From: a virus
Taxonomy: Duplodnaviria > Caudoviricetes
Strand: one strand, 5' to 3'
Virus record (IMG/VR): IMGVR_UViG_2713896750_000003
Coordinates: 39,170 to 103,169 of that record
DNA: 64,000 bases
Shown here: positions 39,210 to 48,341 of the stretch, piece by piece
Layout: every line of letters starts with the position of its first letter
Numbering within the stretch: the first letter of the stretch is position 1
Program-made: the position numbers and the translations under genes
The notes under the pieces: generated by a model
What the model was told of the DNA's origin: nothing
What the model saw: only the letters and a program-made list of their open reading frames with translations
The model's database searches: none

Positions 39210-40454
39210 CTAAATAGAGTAACCTGCAATAGAGATCTTTCTAATTGGAAACTCTCTTTCTATGTAGTAGCCAAGAGCGTCGGTTACGTGCTCAACACTC
39301 ATCTTCTTGTTAATATCCCTAGAACCCTCTTTGTACATGGTCTGCTCAAATGATCGAATTACATGTTTGCAATGTGCGGCCACCTCGATGCCTATTGTTC
39401 CGTCTGCGGCCTGTAGCTTCCTGTTAACCGCATTTACACGATCATCAATTGCCGGATGCTTCCTGCGATACTTTATTCTCTTGAATCCGTGTTCCCTAAG
39501 AACATCAAGCGATGTCTCACCACGAGCATGCTGACGAGCTTTACCAGCGGGGTCAGGATAAATTGTCGTTTGTTCTAAATGTCTCCAATATCGCCGAGCT
39601 AGTTCTTCGGCTGCATCATCTACGTTTGAGTTAAACTGCACAATTTCATCAACGATCCAAATTTTGCCGTCCTCTTGCTCCTGCATGACAACCATACTCA
39701 TTGGGTCGATGTTAAAGTCCATACCAACGCAAATAGGTAACTTAGGATTGAACTTCACATAATCTCTTACGTGAGTCGAACGATCGAAAGGATAATAAAC
39801 TCGACCTGATACGTTTAAGAATGAAGCCTCAAACTCTTGTTGAAAAGTTCGTGGGTCCATGTCTCGACGCGCCTGCTCAATCTCGTGTTTAGGGATAAAT
39901 GGGGAGACGATCGTCGGGAATTGCCAAGACATCCATTGAGGCTTGTTAGGGTCTTGCCCCGCTATATAGGCATCGTACAAAAGGTTGTAACTTTTCGGAG
40001 TGCCTATGAACAGAGCGTGCCCTCCCGTTGTTGCCAAGGTTGGTCGAATACACTCCTCCCAAACCTCCTTACGCATGTCCTGGTATTCGTCTAGAACCAC
40101 ATAATCCAAGCCAACACCTCGAAGGCTGTCCGGGTTGTCCGCGCCTTTACACGAAATCTCCGTTCCGTTGCGCAGCTCAAGTGTCAACTCTGTTTCGTTT
40201 GGTTTTTTAGCAAGCCAACTCTTTGGTATGTTGTTTTTAAGCTCGCGCCACATGATCTGCTTTGCCATTCTAAATGACGGCGCGATATACCAAATTCTTC
40301 TGTTTTTCCCCTTAGATGCCTCAGTGATCATTCGAACGAGACATAAGTGACTTTTACCGAAACGTCGGCCCGCAACCACACACTTAAATCGAGCAGGGTG
40401 TCGAGCAATCTGAGCTTGTGCAGGGTGGAGCCTTAATGGTACTACCTTGCTCAT
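39210..40454 (-). CDS. terL: terminase large subunit
   Basis: AGRRFGKS Walker A, LRGVGLDYVVLDE, GTPK, GMDFN, YPDPAG, HVTDALGY. Confidence 0.95.
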   Translation of the reverse strand: MSKVVPLRLHPAQAQIARHPARFKCVVAGRRFGKSHLCLVRMITEASKGKNRRIWYIAPSFRMAKQIMWRELKNNIPKSWLAKKPNETELTLELRNGTEISCKGADNPDSLRGVGLDYVVLDEYQDMRKEVWEECIRPTLATTGGHALFIGTPKSYNLLYDAYIAGQDPNKPQWMSWQFPTIVSPFIPKHEIEQARRDMDPRTFQQEFEASFLNVSGRVYYPFDRSTHVRDYVKFNPKLPICVGMDFNIDPMSMVVMQEQEDGKIWIVDEIVQFNSNVDDAAEELARRYWRHLEQTTIYPDPAGKARQHARGETSLDVLREHGFKRIKYRRKHPAIDDRVNAVNRKLQAADGTIGIEVAAHCKHVIRSFEQTMYKEGSRDINKKMSVEHVTDALGYYIEREFPIRKISIAGYSI

Positions 40455-41050
40455 TCGTCCTCGAATTCCTCTTCATCGCTGACGCCTTCAGACTCATCAG
40501 TGAGGACAATGCCCATGTCTTCGGCTTGTTTTGCTTGACCGTCTCGGATTTCTGCAATCTCATCCTCAAGCATTTCCCTAACTTCAAGTGTTGGCAGATC
40601 GTCATCACCCGGCTCATCTGTAACGCCAAGAATGTCATATTCGTTACCTCTGGTGATTCTCAGAGTTTCCGCGGCCAACTTAAGCGTTTTGATGTTGGCG
40701 TGAGCTGTAGATATCGGTCGACCATCTTTTTCTGCCTCGATGATCTCGCGAGTGATCTTTTTGTCGATGGTTGTGTTCAGCGTGTAATGACGCTCCTTGA
40801 CTTCTTGGATGCGCTGCGTTGTCACATCTATTTCAGCCTCGGCCGCTTCTTCTAAACGCTTCTCAACCTTTTCTTTGATGCGTTTTGCCGCTGCACCCTT
40901 CTCGATGCCTTTGGACTTCATGTGACGCTGCACAGTGATTTTGTGAACGCCAAACTGCTCAGCGATCTGCTCCAATGAGTAGTCCCCAGACTCATACATC
41001 GCTTCGGCTTTAATCCAGTCCTTGGCAGACATTCTTTTCTTCTCGGACAT
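40451..41050 (-). CDS. terS: terminase small subunit
   Basis: N-terminal HTH (SLEQIAEQFGVHKITVQRH), ATGA overlap with terL. Confidence 0.82.
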   Translation of the reverse strand: MSEKKRMSAKDWIKAEAMYESGDYSLEQIAEQFGVHKITVQRHMKSKGIEKGAAAKRIKEKVEKRLEEAAEAEIDVTTQRIQEVKERHYTLNTTIDKKITREIIEAEKDGRPISTAHANIKTLKLAAETLRITRGNEYDILGVTDEPGDDDLPTLEVREMLEDEIAEIRDGQAKQAEDMGIVLTDESEGVSDEEEFEDE

Positions 41051-41064
41051 AAAACCCCTTTTTG

Positions 41065-41097
41065 AAAAAAAGGGCGGGATCGGATAGGGCTCCCGCC
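41065..41097 (-). terminator. terminator-like hairpin just upstream of terS
   Basis: GGCGGGA...TCCCGCC followed by C-T8 on the minus strand. Confidence 0.6.
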
Positions 41098-41161
41098 GAT
41101 GAACTAAGCCTCAACGTAAGTGAAGCCATGGAACGGATTCATGATACATGAACATTTTAGA

Positions 41162-41180
41162 TTAAGTAAGTACTTACTTA
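41162..41180. promoter_or_regulatory. dispersed palindrome copy TTAAGTAAGTACTTACTTA with minus-strand TATCAT at 41141-41146
   Basis: Direct reading. Confidence 0.72.
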
Positions 41181-41415
41181 GTTCGCGGAATCTTTAATTA
41201 CCCGCAGGGGATGAGCTCCATCATCATCACTTTTAAAAAAAAGGTGTTTTATTTCCGAGCAGCTACAATTCTCTCTGAGTTCGGAATGAAATTTTAATAG
41301 GAGAAACGAGCCGAAGGCTCGTTTCAGAAGCGAGCGAAGCGAGCGCATTCCGAGCGAAGCGAGGAACAAAGGATAATCACTACATTTCCGCGCATAATCA
41401 GTACCTTACCGCTCA

Positions 41416-41518
41416 TCATCACTTTTTTCGCTTTCTACTATATATAGAACTTCTTAGATTATTATTTTAAATATTCTAAGTATTACTTTTTGCAAAAATC
41501 GTGCCAAAGTGATGACGG
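41416..41518. promoter_or_regulatory. bipartite inverted element copy 2
   Basis: TCATCACTTT (41416-41425), AT-rich 80 bp, AAAGTGATGACGG (41506-41518); extra half-site at 41224-41233. Confidence 0.6.
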
Positions 41519-41525
41519 TTCGGAC

Positions 41526-41783
41526 TTATCGGTGAACTTTTAGAGCCTGATAACCTAACTCCGTTCCTCGATATATCACCCGAGATTTACCTCTGCGTTT
41601 TTCCATTCCGAATTTCTCAATCACTCCATGCTCAACCATTCTACGCAGAGTGAATTGAATGGCCGGCTTTGTCACTTCGTAATCCACTCGCTCAATAATC
41701 TGATCTAAATCGACGAGCGAGCCATCTGTGTTTCGTTTAAGGACTACCTCCAGAATCATTATCATTCGATACGTTAAATCCAT
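41526..41783 (-). CDS. winged-helix DNA-binding protein
   Basis: VDLDQIIERV...TKPAIQFTLRRMVEHGVIEK...YRGTELG. Confidence 0.78.
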   Translation of the reverse strand: MDLTYRMIMILEVVLKRNTDGSLVDLDQIIERVDYEVTKPAIQFTLRRMVEHGVIEKFGMEKRRGKSRVIYRGTELGYQALKVHR

Positions 41784-41785
41784 CG

Positions 41786-42649
41786 CTAAAGCTCCAATGG
41801 TTTGTTCGTTGCCTGATTATCAAATGCCAACAGCGGGATTGAGTCAGGCAGTTTTCGTTTGTGATCAGGGTTGCTATACAACGCGTAAACCGTGTAACCA
41901 AATACAAGTTGATTAAGTTCTCTCATCAGCTCACGCATTGGCATGTCTTCCAAAACGTCCTGAAGAGTTCGGCCAAGATTGGAGCCGGTTTTCTCTTTCG
42001 AACTGTGTTTGTAGTAAAACTCGGCACAAGACTTGCGAATCATCTTCTGAACGGCTGCAGGTTGCTTTGAGTACTCATCTAAGAGCGCCATTTGGTCTGC
42101 GGGGTGCGATTCAAACTGTGAGCGCAAAAACTTCAAACCAGACTCATACGCGGAAGCTCTGCGAAGTGGCGCTCGTTTAAATCCAGCCTTCTTATCGAAT
42201 GGGTTGTATTTCGCCATCGATGAGACAATTTCGAGATATCGCATTCCAGACATTCGGCAGACCAGATTCATAAACCGATAGCTAACACCTGTGCCTCGAT
42301 ACATTGTACTTGTCACAATTCGACCGACGCGTCGCATGTTGTCGTTTAACCATCGAGGTCTGTGCTTATTGGTTAGAGTTGTATCTCCGCCCGGCTTCAA
42401 TTGCGGCAAAACGTCATGACGAGGCGCCAGAAGCAAGGCGACAGTACTAAGTACGCAAACAGCAACCAATTCATTATTAGACTCTCGGCGACACCGGTAG
42501 AAGTGCGGTGCAGGAGGTAGAGACTCAGCCTTGTAGTGTAAGTGGTGAAGCCGCTCCCAATCTTCTTTGGTTCCGCGCTCTACCACCATATCTTCTAACA
42601 AAGAGAAAATTGGCTGACCGCTGTCTTCAATTCGCTCAATTTTAATCAT
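41786..42649 (-). CDS. GNAT-fold acetyltransferase-like protein
   Basis: LHHLHYK, RRVGRIVTSTMYRGTGVS (acetyl-CoA motif A R..G.G), MAKYNPF..KAG. Confidence 0.72.
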   Translation of the reverse strand: MIKIERIEDSGQPIFSLLEDMVVERGTKEDWERLHHLHYKAESLPPAPHFYRCRRESNNELVAVCVLSTVALLLAPRHDVLPQLKPGGDTTLTNKHRPRWLNDNMRRVGRIVTSTMYRGTGVSYRFMNLVCRMSGMRYLEIVSSMAKYNPFDKKAGFKRAPLRRASAYESGLKFLRSQFESHPADQMALLDEYSKQPAAVQKMIRKSCAEFYYKHSSKEKTGSNLGRTLQDVLEDMPMRELMRELNQLVFGYTVYALYSNPDHKRKLPDSIPLLAFDNQATNKPLEL

Positions 42650-43146
42650 TCGTCATCTCCTACAGGTTTAGAGGCTCCATAGAAGAACGCAACGATTGCG
42701 CCAAGAACAGTACCAAGCAGAAATCCAAGAATGGTATCAGCGTATCGTTGAGAGCCGTCTGGGATTGGGAAGAAGGTAATAGCGGCAAAATACAAAAACG
42801 ACGCGATAGACATGAACCATGCGTAGTTATAAATAAACTCTTTCGCCTTTTTTGATTTGGCGCTTTTAACTATCTCTACTTGCATGTTTCGTGCATTCTG
42901 CTTGTCAGCCAGAAACATTTGATCAAAGTCGTTACGCCTACTCTCCATTGCCAGAATGAATTCCTTCTGAGCTTTAGGGTCAGCATGGATCTGAGCTGCT
43001 GCTCTGGCGGGGTCAGAGACTCCTGTCACCTTTTGAGCGACCTCTGCGATGGCTTCGGCGGCTTGCTCCGCTTTGTCTCCTCCAATCCATTTCGCGATAG
43101 CAGGAACAATCGAGCTCAACGCTGCTATTGTTGTCAGTATGGCCAT
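42646..43146 (-). CDS. holin-like membrane protein (3TM holin-like)
   Basis: Amphipathic N-terminus, D..NAR motif, two C-terminal TMs ending AFFYGAS. Confidence 0.7.
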   Translation of the reverse strand: MAILTTIAALSSIVPAIAKWIGGDKAEQAAEAIAEVAQKVTGVSDPARAAAQIHADPKAQKEFILAMESRRNDFDQMFLADKQNARNMQVEIVKSAKSKKAKEFIYNYAWFMSIASFLYFAAITFFPIPDGSQRYADTILGFLLGTVLGAIVAFFYGASKPVGDDE

Positions 43147-43155
43147 GATTCCTCC

Positions 43156-43692
43156 CTATTTTCTAAAAGACGCTCTGTAACGCTCTGTAACGCTCTTTGC
43201 TTCTTCAGATGAGCTATCTATCATCTCATCTTGATTTTCGCTCTTGTCGAGCTTCTGAGAGCTAATTTGAGAGCTTTTTCGATTGTCTTTTTGCTCATCT
43301 CTAATTTTTTGCAAAATCTGAGTCGCGATATGCCCTTGCAGATACGCAATTGGCTCTTGCTCTCGAATGTTTACATTGCCACCTATGCCGCAAAGGATGT
43401 TGATAGCCGCATGTAACGATTCATGCCAAACGACCATCTCTATCTTGTCCGGGCTAATATCAGTATTGATAAACACCAACTCGAACTTGCCTCGACCACC
43501 CGTCATCCCTATACAAAAACCGCCGCAATCCTCAATACCTCTACAAGTGTCAATCCACTCCGTAGGGTCCGAGAACATATCCTGGCACTCTGAACGAAAT
43601 GACTTTGGATCTCCGATGAAGGCAACGACGTGTCGGTCGTAGATGTCTACCGGAACTTCGACGAAAAAGTTTTTATTTTTCAATTTCTTCAT
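43156..43692 (-). CDS. hypothetical protein with HExxH zincin-like motif
   Basis: VVWHESLHAA...EQEPIAYL. Confidence 0.62.
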   Translation of the reverse strand: MKKLKNKNFFVEVPVDIYDRHVVAFIGDPKSFRSECQDMFSDPTEWIDTCRGIEDCGGFCIGMTGGRGKFELVFINTDISPDKIEMVVWHESLHAAINILCGIGGNVNIREQEPIAYLQGHIATQILQKIRDEQKDNRKSSQISSQKLDKSENQDEMIDSSSEEAKSVTERYRASFRK

Positions 43693-44363
43693 CAGTACTC
43701 CTCAAGCATCTCTCTTTCCGTTTTGGAAATGCGAATTTGATCCGCATACCTCTTGTCGATCATCAGAGTCGGACTTAAGTCCCAAAAAAGATCTTTGTGA
43801 GTGGTCGCAACTGCCAACGTGACGTTATTGGCGCGACAAAGCTTGCGAATTGCAAAAGCAACGACCTTAGCGGTAGTTCTGTCTAGAACAGCGCCAAATT
43901 CATCAGCAATAAGCACCTGAGCGCCCTTCGCGATTAGTTTTGCGATTTTGAATCGATACTTTTGCCCGTCGGAAAGTTCAGAAGGTTTTCGAATGAAAAG
44001 ATAGGCATCGTTGAGTCCAGCCTGAGAAAGCAATTTACAAGCCTCCTCTGTATTTTTTCCTATCTGGTCGATGAGCGGCTTGTCTTCTAGAGTGACTTCA
44101 TCGAGAACTCCAACGTTTAATTTGTATTTGTCTCGATACTGTCTAGCCAATTCTCGAAGCAATACCGACTTGCCTGATCCCGATTGGCCGGTTATGTAGA
44201 TGCAATCACCCTGCTTAGTCTGAAATTTCAGGTTGTCGTATACGACAAACTCTTTTTCATCCAGCCCAAGGCCAAATGCCTCACTGACATCCAAAACGCG
44301 TTTGCTTCGATCAACTGATGTGCTGAAACGAACATCTACAATGTGATCAAAAGTATTAGTCAT
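43692..44363 (-). CDS. soluble ABC-type ATPase
   Basis: GQSGSGKS, LSDGQKYR signature, LIADEF Walker B, ATTH H-loop; no permease nearby. Confidence 0.88.
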   Translation of the reverse strand: MTNTFDHIVDVRFSTSVDRSKRVLDVSEAFGLGLDEKEFVVYDNLKFQTKQGDCIYITGQSGSGKSVLLRELARQYRDKYKLNVGVLDEVTLEDKPLIDQIGKNTEEACKLLSQAGLNDAYLFIRKPSELSDGQKYRFKIAKLIAKGAQVLIADEFGAVLDRTTAKVVAFAIRKLCRANNVTLAVATTHKDLFWDLSPTLMIDKRYADQIRISKTEREMLEEY

Positions 44364-44826
44364 CGCTCCCTCCATTTGCGATCGCTTGTAAACCTTGCAA
44401 GAGGTACATTTCGTGACGAATTAAGGTGTTAAATGCATCGTGGTAGGCCAGCTCTCGACGCTCATCTTCATCACCGTAAATTGCGTTGTCATAGCCTGTA
44501 ACCTTTCGACCATCCTTAAGAGTTAAAACGCACAGAGTAAGAGGGTCCGCTTCTACAAAATCCGTTTCTTTAATCAAACTTTCTACATAAAGTGGATTAA
44601 GATCTTCTGGCACTTCAAAAACGGACAACTCAAACTGCTCGGCGGTCATGACTGAAGTTGGTGCGCCGTTTTCGTGGATAAGGTAATCGCCTACATCAAC
44701 TTGAGCTTTTAGCTCCTTACAATTAACTACGGAACCGTCCTCAAGCTGAAAATAGCCCTGACTCGCACCAACTCTAATGATCTTCCTAGCATCAACAGGT
44801 AGATTTTTGGTTAAATATTTAGCCAT
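44356..44826 (-). CDS. two-domain protein with C-terminal N4 gp49/Sf6 gp66-like domain
   Basis: LTLCVLTLKDGRKVTG...RELAYHDAFNTLIRHEMYLL; N-terminal GDYLI...FE domain. Confidence 0.55.
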   Translation of the reverse strand: MAKYLTKNLPVDARKIIRVGASQGYFQLEDGSVVNCKELKAQVDVGDYLIHENGAPTSVMTAEQFELSVFEVPEDLNPLYVESLIKETDFVEADPLTLCVLTLKDGRKVTGYDNAIYGDEDERRELAYHDAFNTLIRHEMYLLQGLQAIANGGSDD

Positions 44827-45502
44827 GCATCATGACCTCATCAATGTGCTCCATTAGTGCCCGTTTAGAGTCATCGCTCTCAGAGCGATCTTCAATCAAG
44901 GCCATGAATCGCTTGATTTTTCTAGCTTCCGAGTCGGTCAGTAACTTGAAACCAATAACCTTATCAATCGGATTTGATGCTTTATCGATGACCTCAGTTT
45001 CAACTTCTTCGTCAACGACAGAATGTCCCGATTCTTCAATAGGCGCGTCGAACTCCTCCAGATCATCAAGGAAATCATCACCTAGCTCTCCTAGATCTGC
45101 CGTAAGGAATGCAAGCTCCTTATCGTCAAAGCCAAGAATGCTCAAATCATCATCCAGCTCTTTTTCAAGCCATCTCAATTCCTCGTGAAGAACGTTAGTA
45201 TCGATCTCACCCTCGGCTACCTTGTTGTCCGCGATACGGAGTGCAGCAGCCTCTGCTTTGGTCAGATCGTAACGAACGATCACCGGTACTGTTTTCCATC
45301 CGAGCTTTTTAAGAGCAAGGTGTCTACCGTGTCCTGTTATGATTGAGCCGTCAGGTTCAACATGCGGAGGGTTAACAAGGCCATGCTTAAGAATTGATCG
45401 AGCTATTTTTTCAACTTGCTCGTCGGTATGAACTTTGGCGTTTTTTTCGTAGTGCTTGAGTCGCTCTACACTCCATTCCTCAGCGGCTTTCGTCTTGCTC
45501 AT
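44819..45502 (-). CDS. ParB/Srx-like N-terminal domain protein
   Basis: YEKNAKVH...IARSI...IITGHGRHLA...LRIADNK. Confidence 0.88.
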   Translation of the reverse strand: MSKTKAAEEWSVERLKHYEKNAKVHTDEQVEKIARSILKHGLVNPPHVEPDGSIITGHGRHLALKKLGWKTVPVIVRYDLTKAEAAALRIADNKVAEGEIDTNVLHEELRWLEKELDDDLSILGFDDKELAFLTADLGELGDDFLDDLEEFDAPIEESGHSVVDEEVETEVIDKASNPIDKVIGFKLLTDSEARKIKRFMALIEDRSESDDSKRALMEHIDEVMMHG

Positions 45503-45761
45503 CGCTCACCTCTTCATTCTTCATGATCTCTTGATCGTCAATCCCTTCAATAACTTGCTCTAACGCTTGTTTTGCAGATGACGCGATTTCAATTCTGCGC
45601 TCTGCCGCATTTCGCTCCTCGATCAGCTTGTCTATTTTGCTGTTTAGCTTTTTCTTGGATTCAGTAGCTACCTTGATTTCGTTTTCGTAACGCTCAATAT
45701 CGCACCCAATTTCAGTAATAAGCGCTGACTTTCGACTGTGCTCGTTATGAATGAACGCCAT
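45480..45761 (-). CDS. small coiled-coil protein
   Basis: 93-aa heptad-rich ORF in operon. Confidence 0.65.
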   Translation of the reverse strand: MAFIHNEHSRKSALITEIGCDIERYENEIKVATESKKKLNSKIDKLIEERNAAERRIEIASSAKQALEQVIEGIDDQEIMKNEEVSDEQDESR

Positions 45762-45771
45762 AAAATTTCTC

Positions 45772-46542
45772 CTATAAGTCGTCTAGTAAATCCAGTTGCT
45801 CATCAAGGCTGAGCATTTCATCCACGCTTTTTGCGAGCTCCTCATCTTCGCTGTCCTCGAACTCGCCTATCGTTTTGTCTCGATAATCCCGAACTAGCCA
45901 CATGAGGGCTTCTCCGGCTCGAACTGTGGCGTCAGAGTCGTCGATACCTTGCTCTTGGATGATTTTTTCAATGGTGTCGCTAACAACGTCTGCATTCTCA
46001 ACATCCACTTTGAACTTCATGGTTTGATGAGTTTTTAGCTCTTTGACGGGAGCCGGCTTATCATCGTCTTCGTCGACGTAATCCAATTCATCAAGCTCAT
46101 CAAGAGCATCAAGATCTACTTCAATGTCACTGCTCATTAGCGAGGCGAGATCCTCTTCGGTGTAGGTCATGTATGACGCAAGTTCTTCTGGCGAACCTAA
46201 GTCCTCCAATAGCGCAGAAAGCTTGCCAATCTCGTCTTCACCGTATCTGGAGTTATCTAGAAGCAGTGCCTTTTTAGCCTGTTCGTCACTGATAACTCCA
46301 AGATTGAGCACCGGAACCGTTTTATGGCCCAGCTCAATAGACAGATCGTTTCGATGCTCGCCGCCCACGATCTCCTTGGTTCCGTCCTCAAGCTCTCGAA
46401 CCAAGATGGGGCGAATGTGACCGTTCTCCTCCAAGCTCTTGCGCAACTTCATCATCGCCTCTGCACTGAGCTCGTTTGGGTTCCAAGTGTTTTTCTTTAA
46501 CGACCTAGGGTCTTCATAGGAAAAATGTAAATTCTCGCTCAT
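45772..46542 (-). CDS. ParB/Srx-like domain protein
   Basis: NTWNPN...LRKSL...PILVR...IVGGEHR; acidic linker. Confidence 0.88.
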   Translation of the reverse strand: MSENLHFSYEDPRSLKKNTWNPNELSAEAMMKLRKSLEENGHIRPILVRELEDGTKEIVGGEHRNDLSIELGHKTVPVLNLGVISDEQAKKALLLDNSRYGEDEIGKLSALLEDLGSPEELASYMTYTEEDLASLMSSDIEVDLDALDELDELDYVDEDDDKPAPVKELKTHQTMKFKVDVENADVVSDTIEKIIQEQGIDDSDATVRAGEALMWLVRDYRDKTIGEFEDSEDEELAKSVDEMLSLDEQLDLLDDL

Positions 46543-46574
46543 AGTGTGATATCTTAAGTTAATTAAATTAAGAA

Positions 46575-46620
46575 CTAACTAAGGACTTACTTAGTAATAA
46601 GTAAGTACTAACTTATTACT
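46575..46620. promoter_or_regulatory. two tandem copies of the dispersed palindrome in the divergent parB/helicase promoter region
   Basis: CTAACTAAGGACTTACTTAG (46575-46594) and ATAAGTAAGTACTAACTTAT (46597-46616). Confidence 0.68.
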
Positions 46621-46651
46621 TAGGATAACTCATTGTATAAGGTTTCGGCAA

Positions 46652-48337
46652 ATGACAATTATCAAGATCGCTGCTAATGCTGTTCACGCAAGACTGATCG
46701 ACGCCCCTCGCGAGGCAAAGTTGATTGTTAGCGACCTACTATCTTATGCGGTTGAGGGTCATGAGTTCATGACAAAGCGAGCTGGGTGGGACGGGCGTTC
46801 ATCGTTCTTCTCATTCAAGACAAACAGCTTCCCTGCCGGATTTGTGCCTCGCGTTCAATCCGCTCTTAAGAAAAAGGGGTACCGGGTTCAAATCATTAGA
46901 AAGCCAAGACCTGAACCTTTAGGGCCAGAATTGCCGACGGTTGACGAGTTTGGTCACGATGATGAGCGTTACAGCTACCAAATGGAAACGGTCAGAAAAT
47001 TACTAACTTTTGGCTCTGGAATCGCACAGATCTCGACAGGTGGAGGCAAAAGCAGACTGGCGAGATTGGCATACGCCCGCATCAAGCGCAAAACGCTTTT
47101 TCTCACCACACGCGGCTCGTTAATGTATCAGTTTCGCGATGCCTGTATTGAGTCTTTCGGACACAAAGAGGTAGGCATTGTTGGAGATAGTGAGTGGGAC
47201 GCAAATAAACCCCTAGTCTGCGGCATGGTTCAAACGCTTGCGCAGCGTTTGGCAGTGTACACCGCTGATGAACTGATAGAGCAGCACTTGACTCGTCAGC
47301 AAGATCGAGAAGAAAAGGAGTTGAATGCGCTCAAAGCTAGACAAGCCAAAAAAAGAGTTAAACCGTCAGAACGTCGAAAGCAGATAGAGGAACTAAAACA
47401 AGATCAGCTCGCCAGACGCACGCCTGATGACGAACTTCTTGCTCAGATAGAAAAGAAACTCAAGAAGCAGCGCAGACAGCGCAGAGAAACGATAGAACTG
47501 CTCCGAAGCTTTGAGTTTGTTATCGCTGAAGAAGCTCATGAAGCCGGAGGCAACAGCTATTTTGACGTTATGAATGCCTGCGTTAACGCGCACTATCGAC
47601 TAGCGCTTACCGCAACTCCATTTATGCGCAGTGATGCCGAGTCCAATATGCGCCTGATGGGATGCACAGGCGGAATCATGATCAAGGTGACAGAAAAGCA
47701 GCTTATAGATTTAGGCATTCTAGCCACTCCAAAATTCATGATTTTACCAACAGAGCGACCAAAGAATCTCTTTAAAACTAGCAGTTATGACAAGGCTTAT
47801 AGAGTGGGCATTGTTGAGAACGAATGGCGAAACAAGCGAATAGTTGCGGAGTGTGTTCGTATGTCTCGTTTTGGCCTTACCAGCATGGTTCTTGTACAGC
47901 GCGTCAATCACGGAAACGCTATCAAGAGCTACTTGACAAAGTTAGGCATGAAGGTCGCGTTTATATACGGAGACAACGACCAAGATGAGAGAAAAAGAGC
48001 GCTCAAAAAGCTGGGAACTGGCGAAATAAACGTCCTGATCGGCACAAACATTCTAGATGTAGGTGTAGACGTGCCGTCCGTTGGCTTTATCGCCCTTGCA
48101 GGAGGCGGAAAAGCAGAAGTAGCCAACAGACAGCGAATAGGTCGAGGTCTTCGAGCTAAAAAATCTGGTCCAAACATATGTTTTGTTCTGGATTTCATGG
48201 ATGAGCATAACACTCATCTACAAAAGCACGCTTTTCAACGTAGAGCCATTATCACGCAGACACCCGGCTTTGCCGAGAACTTGCTGCCGTCTGGAGAGGT
48301 TTGGAATCCATCAGAGTATGGATTTGAGAGAATTTAA
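46652..48337 (+). CDS. SF2 DExH-type helicase
   Basis: YQ Q-motif, STGGGKS, EEAH, LTATP, ILDVGVDVP, QRIGRGLR. Confidence 0.92.
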   Translation: MTIIKIAANAVHARLIDAPREAKLIVSDLLSYAVEGHEFMTKRAGWDGRSSFFSFKTNSFPAGFVPRVQSALKKKGYRVQIIRKPRPEPLGPELPTVDEFGHDDERYSYQMETVRKLLTFGSGIAQISTGGGKSRLARLAYARIKRKTLFLTTRGSLMYQFRDACIESFGHKEVGIVGDSEWDANKPLVCGMVQTLAQRLAVYTADELIEQHLTRQQDREEKELNALKARQAKKRVKPSERRKQIEELKQDQLARRTPDDELLAQIEKKLKKQRRQRRETIELLRSFEFVIAEEAHEAGGNSYFDVMNACVNAHYRLALTATPFMRSDAESNMRLMGCTGGIMIKVTEKQLIDLGILATPKFMILPTERPKNLFKTSSYDKAYRVGIVENEWRNKRIVAECVRMSRFGLTSMVLVQRVNHGNAIKSYLTKLGMKVAFIYGDNDQDERKRALKKLGTGEINVLIGTNILDVGVDVPSVGFIALAGGGKAEVANRQRIGRGLRAKKSGPNICFVLDFMDEHNTHLQKHAFQRRAIITQTPGFAENLLPSGEVWNPSEYGFERI

Positions 48338-48341
48338 CTCT

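Noticed and set aside
41178-41369. 63-aa ORF
   Set aside because: Overlaps hairpins and repeats of the control region; no convincing RBS
41385-41412. dif/Xer site (GCGCATAA)
   Set aside because: Only a XerC-like half; no TTATGTTAAA XerD arm
43692-44363. ABC transporter
   Set aside because: No permease or substrate-binding partner; context points to a soluble ATPase
44819-46542. Canonical ParABS partition locus
   Set aside because: No ParA in the window and both proteins lack a clear central HTH; kept only as an alternative hypothesis
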